Of a DNA stretch of 20,000 nt, positions 10,501-16,370 are shown piece after piece. Source of the stretch: an uncultured virus (IMG/VR IMGVR_UViG_3300027801_000017) (lineage: Duplodnaviria > Heunggongvirae > Uroviricota > Caudoviricetes > Crassvirales); the IMG/VR virus record IMGVR_UViG_3300027801_000017; one strand, given 5' to 3'. Made by a program: the position numbers and the translations under genes. The notes beneath the pieces were generated by a model. It was not told the origin of the DNA, made no database searches, and worked only from the letters and a program-made list of their open reading frames with translations. Every line of letters starts with the position of its first letter. Within the stretch, counting starts at the first letter, position 1.

Positions 10501-13500
10501 GCAAAACTTTCTACTATAAATACCAAATTAGACAATATAAATAAAATAATTAAAGACGTAAGTAATAAAAAAACGGGTATTGAAAGTGAGATAAAATATT
10601 CTCAAGAGATGGTTAAGGTACTTGAAAGTATAGAAAGATATGAAACGTCAACAAGTGAGGGATTCGTTAGCGTCTCTAAAGGGGGTATCAAAAATGATAA
10701 ACAGTTAGAAAATGCATATTTAAGATTAGAAGAATTAGAATTTTATAATATATACAATTTAGAGGTTAAATCTGGAAACAACTCTTCTTTAACAAATCTG
10801 ATGACTAAAGTAGAGCAATTCCAAACTGAGGGTAAGTCATTATCCACTATACTTAGAAAAGAAAGAGCCATAGAAAAGGCAAAAATAAAAGAGGGGGCAG
10901 TAGTAGCTCTCAAGTGGGATGGGTCTAACTTTGCTAAGTGGTGGAAGAAAAAGTTTAAGACTAAAGAGACGTTTACAGAAGATTTTAACAAAGGAAGAAC
11001 ATGGTATGATGTGTCTGGAGAAAAATCACACTATAATATTATTAGGACTATAGACATGTTTAATAATAAGGATGGTAAGGGAGTGGATTATTACAAAAAG
11101 AATGTTTATGAATCTTATTTTGATGCCAATAGAAATAAAATGAAAGACGAGATGGCTCTTACAAATGAAATGAATGCGGAAATATCAAAGATTTATGGTA
11201 TTACAAAAGGGAAGGGGAATATATTCACAACAAAATCAACCTATATAACAGCAGAAGTAGGTGCGAAACTTACTGAGTTAGGTATCTCAAAAAAACAGCC
11301 TTTTACACAAATCAACTTTGAAGGAAAAACAGAGACAGTATTTAAAAGTGATTTTGGAATGTTAGAGTTATGGCTAATAGCAAAAAATCCTCTAGAGAAA
11401 GCTCCATTAGAGAGAATGGGATGGACTCCTGAAAAATTAAAAGACTTAGATAATCATTTAAGCCCTAAATTAAAAAAACTAGGAGAATTTATGATGGAAA
11501 AGTTAAACGGGGAAAGATATGATAAATATAGTGCTCGTTATCAGGAAAATAAGGGGATAGGCTTACCTAGGGAGGCAAGTGCTCCTTATTACTGGCCTAG
11601 GCGACCAGATGAGGCATGGTCTAATATAGGTAAATCAGAACCTTCTTGGGATAATTCAAGTTGGAATAATTTTTCTTCTACTATTCAAGTTGGTCATCAT
11701 AAATCAAGAACGAGTACTGCTCCTTTTAAATATGATAATGCTATAGCTACTTATATGGGTTATATAAATAAAATGGAACATTATCATCATTTCCAGAAAC
11801 CAGTTGAAATTTATTCCACTGTATTTAAAGACCCTGCTGTAAGACAATCGCTAAATAAAAATTTTGGAACGTCTTATACTCAAGCCATGGATAGGCATAT
11901 AGATAAAATGAAAGGAGAGTTCTCTGCGAAAGGTTGGGAGGTCTTTGATGCATTTTCATTGCAGTTTTCAAAGAACGTATTGTCTGCCAGCCCAGCTATT
12001 GCTGTAAAACAAGCAGCCTCTAGTGTGATATTTGCGTCTGTAACTCCTTTATCTTATACTATCAAATCCGCCCTATCAGGAGGGCAGTATGTAAAAAATA
12101 TAGATGCTAAAACAACTAGCGCTTATATGATGCGGAAATATAGGAGATATGAACTTGGTTATAATGAGCTTAGTCAGCAAAATATTTTCTTTAATGAAAG
12201 CTTTCTTGTTAAGAAATCAATTAAAGGGCAAGAAACATTCAATAGAGCTTTTGGTAGTAATGTTGATTTATCTAAACCTGCCCGCAAGTTTTCTTCATTT
12301 AACAAGAAGTATGTTGAACCTGCAGCTGGATTTCTTTCTCAACGTGGAGATAAGGTTGGAATGACTTGGTTAGGTCAGGGGTATTTAGATTATAAATATG
12401 ATTATTATGCTAGTCGTAAAAATGAGACTACAGGGAAATTGTATACTAAAAAAGAAGCTACAATTGAGGCGGTTAGAGATTATGAGATGCTTGCTCTTAG
12501 TACTCAGCAAACAGATATGGCTATGGAGACATCTAGGTGGAGACAAGATATGGGGTCGTTTGGTAAGCTTCTGACTACATTTACAACATCTATGTCTGCT
12601 GTACGAGAATTTACTGTCCTTAGTCAACAAGAAATGATTAACGGAAAAAATGTAAAGCAAAATGCTAAAAAAGTAGCTGTTTCTTCTGTACTTTTGGGAA
12701 CGATATTTGCTTTTTTAAATAATGGAACATTATCTGATGAAAAAGATGTTGCTTACGCTATAGCAAAAACTAATATTCAAGGATTTATGTTTGCAGGTAA
12801 AGTGATTGATAATATGAAAGGTATGGATAGATATAAGCCATCATCCCAAGTCCCTTTTGAGTCGCATGTCTACAAAATTAGGGGGTTATATTTAAATAAT
12901 AAGAAGAGTAATGATAAGTGGGAAAAACAGATAGATGACTACGCATTAGGTAAAATTAACCTCACAGAGAAGGAATTAAATGTGCTTCGTCTAGAGAATA
13001 AGCAGAGGAAAGATAAATACTTGAAGAGTCTAGGGTTAGAGTTATCAGTTTTCGGTTTACCTATTAGCTTAAAGAATATAAATAAAATTGCAACTAATGC
13101 GGAAAGTGCTTATTACAATGAGATGAAACTTCAACATTTAAATAAACAATTATTATTATTAACGAGCAAGAGCAAAGAGAACATCTCGGCTGAAGATATT
13201 GTAGAAACTAGTTTAGCAAAAAAAGTTTTACTTTTAAATCCCTCTAAATACCAAGAAGGAAAAACAGTGCTAGAATTATTTACGGGTCAAGAAAAACATC
13301 CAGATGAATGGTTTACATTAAGAAATACTTTAAATGATAACTGGGAGCAAGTGATGGCGATTGAAAAATTTAAGAAAAATAACGCTGAACCATACGATAC
13401 CGATAAATTTCTAGAATATTATATTTTAAATAAAAATTACAAAACATCAGAGGAAAAAATAAGAAAAGAACAGATGGAGCTTTTAAAAATTCTAGAATTA

Positions 13501-13590
13501 AGGGATATGAAGAATAAGGAAGAGAAGGAAGAGAAGGTAAACCCAGTAGAAGAGATGAGAAGGCAAAAAATATTAAAACCAGTTAAGTAG
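4597..13590 (+). CDS. Giant internal virion / polyvalent protein (2997 aa) with putative ADP-ribosyltransferase and GNAT domains
   Basis: 9-kb ORF. It has an acidic N-terminus and a Gly/Ala-rich hydrophobic region (~6480-7150). ART-like motifs VYR / TTTS / EAE lie at 7810-8010. GNAT motifs RRQGKA and 'NDAAVALNYKLG' lie at 9031-9252. K/E/V/P linkers separate these, followed by a long helical C-terminal region. Confidence 0.8.
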   Translation: MNEKFLELYEYLKSEGITDLSPEDFYNAYKDPNKAKDVYDFVSSEEMTDLNENDFFSAYFGTEVKKKDDSEVVTDTSEVVTDTSEVSESEVLSTGADETSETEEAVTPPINFDELTYFDFSSINRAVNGVEFSDDNIGHLSESKEEELLDLNINPHIQSLVSIGANMPEDANVAVTELSPSEKKTYDFNFSRYQKVLDNQNKVKEVNVQKGTNTGQYGFNLADASLPGLIPSLEGFGPFGGETTYNPVPGEDNYSNDPEVIAKAKVILDTDLPRARNKIIRIFKNKKKSYGLPSDITTATDEQLAEAFKKFNKENTYAKTGKSITTTMPISGGTSTEPTYEKDYININKKYLEKIFNNQFLVAKNNAQIELDKKVDEEKRTAIQNADSSILSRDVIGKRIYDFHKDYDYNNNMSTEEQRYSDAETVLEGLEVQLKKLTAEEKTPDDELITEWEKAKAELASAQKGLGDDIHPLYDPLTGERTDKLEGALDLTEQIKRHEKDALTFKGNIKNRYVTVSNREEDHRIMGGLMTRDLIVKDPRRWQKRANQEGFIIEPSDDGKSFIIKGVPLSKIGLYTSDILNKEVKNEAEEWNDKNAENIASRKVWMKMALTNIDPGKVDKSKTARFFEVLAGDGALAASFGMSDQKFVDFSVDEFTKAGIPLSPSLIKNMKRTWGMELTEQGAGFLPIAAQMWLGNKVLGAVGFAGWLKNTVQGLNTAKKFQRWNKFRGFILEASVEEVKMQTYGFHDGTGFGFTMAGRFMPAAGIFKFKGELARLNTVGNVVFDSGLKGAFALEFAGHVEAIVEDVKGGSAYGTFMEEQYPDVSTVGRRVILSGALFSIYGGMGLFGKGRSGMNIKNMESVVKELKQKGYNEEALKIQKNVDLYYEGKKKLSKEEQDILTENENGKGKEYNTDLTEAELKQRLKDMGGREVKPEAEVKAEEVKAEEVKVEEVKTTSETRESLEREVQKTWEELENTPETKFKKRRELNKKLDELIPKYEKLEAEVKPEAEVKEVEIPSSYNEKMKVYKQSDLGGGKGGKVNEKSDLVKEAETPEGKEYVKQEVEKLEKNEDGTITVYRVGNLNEGHNPTTTSKKTAETIAKERKAQGLSSQIIETNVKAEDISVVVPGVEAEIFVKVTKENQSRINENSNTLQEGQSLKSLQQRINELQKDVEKTEKDLTSGKIKGDIYTNSIKKKKTEISNLEKQINKKKSDSKSEKLTKLREEAAKSLNFKPEVKEVKVEETTGKEVKVEETTGKEVKEPEKEVVVPEKEVVEILLNKKDGVFAGIWNRGGFSASNKAGDKDAHSANTRKVQEKSEELQKLESNNPKVNEGEFSVSGTFEGSGYRAIVGKERGELSDIREKASQTEKMFFNEQTLENGDVVYSLINGKHRVRNREGYYAVNLTYKKGTEVKLNDVKNLLTTKMNDITTIITGVKSTVKPKVEPKVEPTVKEVTESIEEVKVEDSKSTNPSFEKGSMRNFSVDGGVLEIGRVNNASLSSILKLEVEKDSRRQGKAEVLLKRALNETKGELSGQASNDAAVALNYKLGMRVNGNETLSLKESQSERAQSAGESVSMVLPKNKRGDNYKPFKVEPTVKEKVIEPTVEPEYTKNNIINIKDPTDVLIQAKQKRKLANQKYNKMKDSLTEKQKNQFREESLKINNLIKNLEAEIVEKGVTGEKGEKEIQQYADKVIEGLESAKKTLKESGLTYSFILPGVNAKTLSVALDIGIASVKATKSAVIGLNKFKNSILTQLNIKKLTKAQEKQLNDFFNRNYDLSKQKVLSYTREIIKENKLDNVDSFIKEMESDPMFKKYDKQDLILLYNNSIKGSTLQLTNIKEKTENLKKGFFKGKTEEYKFTKQSKIEMDNVITEFNQFVETLDGSITASKETMRIIGNIKNKETLQTAINRIEELMSDKKVVEQVQEKENVINKITSLTNIKEGEGKVKKSLSGGININPTTKLTKEQSAKLSTINTKLDNINKIIKDVSNKKTGIESEIKYSQEMVKVLESIERYETSTSEGFVSVSKGGIKNDKQLENAYLRLEELEFYNIYNLEVKSGNNSSLTNLMTKVEQFQTEGKSLSTILRKERAIEKAKIKEGAVVALKWDGSNFAKWWKKKFKTKETFTEDFNKGRTWYDVSGEKSHYNIIRTIDMFNNKDGKGVDYYKKNVYESYFDANRNKMKDEMALTNEMNAEISKIYGITKGKGNIFTTKSTYITAEVGAKLTELGISKKQPFTQINFEGKTETVFKSDFGMLELWLIAKNPLEKAPLERMGWTPEKLKDLDNHLSPKLKKLGEFMMEKLNGERYDKYSARYQENKGIGLPREASAPYYWPRRPDEAWSNIGKSEPSWDNSSWNNFSSTIQVGHHKSRTSTAPFKYDNAIATYMGYINKMEHYHHFQKPVEIYSTVFKDPAVRQSLNKNFGTSYTQAMDRHIDKMKGEFSAKGWEVFDAFSLQFSKNVLSASPAIAVKQAASSVIFASVTPLSYTIKSALSGGQYVKNIDAKTTSAYMMRKYRRYELGYNELSQQNIFFNESFLVKKSIKGQETFNRAFGSNVDLSKPARKFSSFNKKYVEPAAGFLSQRGDKVGMTWLGQGYLDYKYDYYASRKNETTGKLYTKKEATIEAVRDYEMLALSTQQTDMAMETSRWRQDMGSFGKLLTTFTTSMSAVREFTVLSQQEMINGKNVKQNAKKVAVSSVLLGTIFAFLNNGTLSDEKDVAYAIAKTNIQGFMFAGKVIDNMKGMDRYKPSSQVPFESHVYKIRGLYLNNKKSNDKWEKQIDDYALGKINLTEKELNVLRLENKQRKDKYLKSLGLELSVFGLPISLKNINKIATNAESAYYNEMKLQHLNKQLLLLTSKSKENISAEDIVETSLAKKVLLLNPSKYQEGKTVLELFTGQEKHPDEWFTLRNTLNDNWEQVMAIEKFKKNNAEPYDTDKFLEYYILNKNYKTSEEKIRKEQMELLKILELRDMKNKEEKEEKVNPVEEMRRQKILKPVK
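4804..4853 (+). repeat. 21-bp in-frame tandem repeat (SEVVTDT x2 plus partial)
   Basis: tcagaagttgttacagatacc / tcagaagttgttacagatact / tcagaagt. Confidence 0.9.
7390..7636 (+). repeat. 25-bp exact direct repeat (7390-7414 and 7612-7636), encoding VKPEAEVK
   Basis: gttaaacctgaagctgaagttaaag occurs at both positions. The first copy is followed by degenerate 15-bp EEVKA units. Confidence 0.9.
8311..8422 (+). repeat. Tandem repeats: 30-bp unit (EVKVEETTGK) x2.3, then 21-bp unit (PEKEVVV) x2
   Basis: 8311-8340 and 8341-8370 differ at one base. acctgaaaaagaagtggtag occurs at 8382 and 8403. Confidence 0.9.
8934..9393 (+). repeat. Direct repeat flanking the GNAT module (8934-8958 and 9369-9393), encoding KVEPTVKE
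   Basis: taaagtagagcctacagt is exact over 18 bp and extends to 25 bp with one mismatch. Confidence 0.85.
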
Positions 13591-13636
13591 GGAAAGAAAT
13601 ACAAAAGCTAATTATAAACAAGTAAATTACTAGGTT

Positions 13637-13663
13637 AAATCAAGAAAATTTAGTATTTTTGTA
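13637..13663 (+). promoter_or_regulatory. Conserved intergenic motif copy 3 (AAATCAAGAAAATTTAGTATTTTTGTA); putative promoter
   Basis: Ungapped 23/27 match to copy 1. Contains TATTTTTG (13654-13661), matching TAnnTTTG. Lies in the largest intergenic gap, upstream of ATG 13686. Confidence 0.7.
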
Positions 13664-13685
13664 GAATTAAAAAAAATAAAAAATT

Positions 13686-14408
13686 ATGTCGTATACAGAT
13701 TATTTAGGACTAGGAATGGGAGGCCCTTCTATTTTAATGTCAGATGGAGATATTGCTCTTAATATTAGAGGATATGCTATTCAAGCATTAGAAACCTGCA
13801 CATTTGCACAATTTGATTTAGACCAAACGCCTGCTTGTGGAATTGAAAAGAAATTACAAATTACAGCTGTTACTATTGCTAGTGAAGAATTTACATTATC
13901 AGCAGCAGATGTAGCAACACTTAAAGTAGGAGATAAAGTTCTTTTGAATTGGGGGGGTGTAAATATACCTTTAGGTACTGTTAAGGATTCAGAGGGGAGA
14001 CCAACTGAATTTAAAGATAGCTCTATATATTTCATCAAAACTATTGACACTGCTAGTTATGAGGTTACTTTAGAAGAAACTTTAGGGGCTGGAGTGATTA
14101 CACTAGATGATGTTGGTGCTTTATATGGAGCAAATACTTGGATAGGAAAATTATCAGACCAAGATTATTCTTATGGAACATTCACAAGAAATGCTTCTGC
14201 TAATGATAAAACTCATGAGATTGCAGGGGCTGTAGATGGTCGTATATTTAGAACTGATGATGACTCAGGATTACAGGTAAATATGTTTGATACCACAGGT
14301 ACATCAACAGTAGGAGATGTCACTATAAAAGAAGGTATGACTGTATATCTTCCAGTAACAGATATTACACTTACTACTGGGGCTTGTATAGTTTATACTA
14401 GAAGGTAA
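13686..14408 (+). CDS. Beta-rich putative virion structural protein, 240 aa
   Basis: Thr/Gly/Asp-rich with an A-rich leader. The C-terminus 'TIKEGMTVYLPVTDITLTTGACIVY' and the internal 'LKVGDKV...YFIKTID...TLEETLGAGVITLDDVG' resemble beta-domains of phage tail/decoration proteins. Confidence 0.55.
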   Translation: MSYTDYLGLGMGGPSILMSDGDIALNIRGYAIQALETCTFAQFDLDQTPACGIEKKLQITAVTIASEEFTLSAADVATLKVGDKVLLNWGGVNIPLGTVKDSEGRPTEFKDSSIYFIKTIDTASYEVTLEETLGAGVITLDDVGALYGANTWIGKLSDQDYSYGTFTRNASANDKTHEIAGAVDGRIFRTDDDSGLQVNMFDTTGTSTVGDVTIKEGMTVYLPVTDITLTTGACIVYTRR

Positions 14409-14441
14409 GTATATGTCTTTATGCTTAGGATTAGATTTAAT

Positions 14442-15554
14442 ATGAAAAATATATTAATTGTGTTTTTAATGTGCTTGTCCTTTATCTCTAAAGGGCAATT
14501 TGATTATAGCACCTATCTTAAAGATTTTGATTTAAAGAGTAATTTAAAAAAGCATTTAAAGTTTTCCACTGTTTATGCAGCTGTTAATGGCGGTACATCT
14601 ATATATGACGTTAAAGCTTTTTCAGTTACAACAGGAATACTAGAAGAAGAGCTTATCAATACTCCTTACGATTACTCTATTACCCTAGGTATACGTAAGA
14701 TAGCTAGATTTGGTTACGAAAATAAAGCTAATACATTTTATGATGGTACTGAAACCTCTTGGTCAGATAATGCCACGATAGGTAAAGTAAGAGGGTTTGA
14801 GTACTTATTTGAAGTGGACTACTCTAGGCAACAAGGTATAAATTATATAGACCAACATCATTTTATTAGATACAGTTCAGATGATGATTGTGAAGGCCCT
14901 TTTTGTATAAACCACTTAGCAGCAAAGATAGAATACTTACAAGATGGCTTTGCAGATATAGAGTATTTTGAAGCATCAGAAAGATATAGATATAAAAAAG
15001 ATAAAAATTTAGCATTTAGTATAGGAGCCGTACAACGGCTTTCAGAGCCTTATGGGTATAACCCTCTAGAAGAGTGGTTGCTTTCAAATGGCAGCCTGCA
15101 TTATACGTATTTAGCTATAATGGAAGGATATACAGTAGATGTATATGCAAATGAATATAAAGACCCTAGCGGAAATGTAGTAGCTACTTCAGCTGAAGTT
15201 TGGGAAGAGGTAGTAATACCACAAGTTCTTTCTACCTATAGTGAAAAGAAAAGAAGTGAATTAAAAAATCAAATCCAACATTCTATAGTTATAGGTGCGG
15301 ACTATTATAAGTATACTAAAAAAACTTGGTTACATGCTTGGGCTAATTTAATGCCTTATCACTACGATGACGGAAATGAATTTTCCTACCACAAATACAA
15401 TGATAGTGAACAATGGTATGACTACTCAGGCGGTGTAATATATGGAGTGAAAGTTGATAAACATCTAGGTTATTTTGTAGAAGGAAAGTACAATAAGTAC
15501 TGGAACCGAGAATGGTATGATTTTAAATTAGGAATTAATTATATAATCTTTTAA
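14442..15554 (+). CDS. Signal-peptide-bearing outer-membrane beta-barrel protein (370 aa; start reassigned from 14421 to 14442)
   Basis: MKNILIVFLMCLSFISKG|Q is a Sec signal followed by Gln, as is typical in Bacteroidota. It has many amphipathic aromatic-rich strands and a C-terminal beta-signal-like 'FKLGINYIIF' ending in Phe. Confidence 0.75.
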   Translation: MKNILIVFLMCLSFISKGQFDYSTYLKDFDLKSNLKKHLKFSTVYAAVNGGTSIYDVKAFSVTTGILEEELINTPYDYSITLGIRKIARFGYENKANTFYDGTETSWSDNATIGKVRGFEYLFEVDYSRQQGINYIDQHHFIRYSSDDDCEGPFCINHLAAKIEYLQDGFADIEYFEASERYRYKKDKNLAFSIGAVQRLSEPYGYNPLEEWLLSNGSLHYTYLAIMEGYTVDVYANEYKDPSGNVVATSAEVWEEVVIPQVLSTYSEKKRSELKNQIQHSIVIGADYYKYTKKTWLHAWANLMPYHYDDGNEFSYHKYNDSEQWYDYSGGVIYGVKVDKHLGYFVEGKYNKYWNREWYDFKLGINYIIF

Positions 15555-15564
15555 ACATAAAAAA

Positions 15565-15729
15565 ATGAATTTTATAAACAGCTGGAAACAAGGAAATAAA
15601 CAAGCTAAGTATAATGTAGAAATAAGGATTGGGAGAATAACAGTATTAGAGATAAAAGTATGTCTATGTGGTATTAAGAAATGCTCTAAATTTAGATTTA
15701 TGGTCTTTAATTTTGGATTTGAATTATAA
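15565..15729 (+). CDS. Small basic hypothetical protein, 54 aa (not in the ORF track)
   Basis: MNFINSWKQGNKQAKYNVEIRIGRITVLEIKVCLCGIKKCSKFRFMVFNFGFEL*. It has an A-rich leader, fills the gap between genes, and its stop overlaps the next ATG (TAATG). Confidence 0.75.
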   Translation: MNFINSWKQGNKQAKYNVEIRIGRITVLEIKVCLCGIKKCSKFRFMVFNFGFEL

Positions 15730-16010
15730 TGGAAAAAGAACTAAGTGAAGATACGGCAGTCAAATTAAGTATAAAGACTTTAGGTGGAATAGCCACCTTA
15801 ATAACAATATTAGTAGGGATGTGGTTTACACTGCAAGCTGATATTACGGAAGCAAAAGAGTTGCCTGTTGCGCCAGCTCCTGATGTTACAAGAATGGAGT
15901 TTGATATGAAAGACAAAATGATTAGACAGACTATTATTACAACACAAGAAGATGTTAAGGAGATGCAAAAGACTCTTGAGAGAATAGAGGATAAACTTTA
16001 CGACAGATGA
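15729..16010 (+). CDS. Single-pass membrane protein with C-terminal coiled coil, 93 aa
   Basis: Hydrophobic 'LGGIATLITILVGMWFTL', a Pro-rich hinge and the heptad-like 'TQEDVKEMQKTLERIEDKLY'. Overlaps both neighbouring genes. Confidence 0.75.
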   Translation: MEKELSEDTAVKLSIKTLGGIATLITILVGMWFTLQADITEAKELPVAPAPDVTRMEFDMKDKMIRQTIITTQEDVKEMQKTLERIEDKLYDR

Positions 16011-16369
16011 AAGAAGATGGTATTACCTGGAGAGTGTTCGCTATATATTTAGGAATAATACTCTTGATGCTAATTGGAGGAGGTATTAAAGGACAGGTCA
16101 GTATATCAGTATTTAATGCAGAATGGAACGATGCTAATAAAGTAGATTGGGCATATGACCTTGAGGATGTTCAGACAGCCGCCTATATAGATGTGAGTAA
16201 AGACACAGAGTTGCAAAAGAAACATAAGATAGCGGTTATACCTACTATTATAATATTTAAAGATAATGTAGAGGTTGCTAGGTTTCAAGCTGATTTAAGT
16301 TTTAAGATGGTAGCAACAAGAGAAGAAGTGCAAGAAGAGATTGATAACCAATTAATGAGTGATTTTTAA
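16007..16369 (+). CDS. Exported/membrane-anchored thioredoxin-fold protein lacking CxxC, 120 aa
   Basis: N-terminal hydrophobic segment ending G|Q. 'VFNAEWNDAN' sits at the F.A.WCxxC position. 'YIDVSKDTELQKKHKIAVIPTIIIFKDNVEVARF' matches the thioredoxin C-terminal half with its cis-Pro. The protein contains no Cys. Confidence 0.75.
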   Translation: MKEDGITWRVFAIYLGIILLMLIGGGIKGQVSISVFNAEWNDANKVDWAYDLEDVQTAAYIDVSKDTELQKKHKIAVIPTIIIFKDNVEVARFQADLSFKMVATREEVQEEIDNQLMSDF

Positions 16370-16370
16370 G

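Noticed and set aside
4597..13590. Giant protein as a crAss-like or N4-like virion RNA polymerase
   Set aside because: I found no DxDxD (DFDID-type) catalytic motif or other RNAP motif by eye. The content fits a polyvalent/ejection protein better. An HMM search would be decisive.
13588..13611. Stop-codon reassignment (TAG readthrough, as in some crAss-like phages)
   Set aside because: Genes are intact under the standard code. Reading through TAG 13588-13590 adds only six further codons before TAA, and the TGA stops form normal ATGA overlaps.
13621..13631. Short inverted repeat AGTAA-A-TTACT as a terminator or operator
   Set aside because: Only a 5-bp AT-rich stem with a 1-nt loop, which is expected by chance. 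No convincing intrinsic terminator was seen in the window.
13951..13957. G7 homopolymer as a phase-variation tract
   Set aside because: The run is short, encodes Trp-Gly-Gly in an intact frame, and has no other support.
15729..16010. Definite holin or spanin call
   Set aside because: There is no endolysin or lipoprotein o-spanin in the window. A single TM plus coiled coil is not specific enough.
1204..16288. Minus-strand ORFs in the track (e.g. 4770-5057, 7251-7526, 8163-8492, 8796-9143, 13781-14050)
   Set aside because: All lie antisense to long + strand genes, with Ser/Phe/Leu/Thr-rich shadow composition and no independent support.
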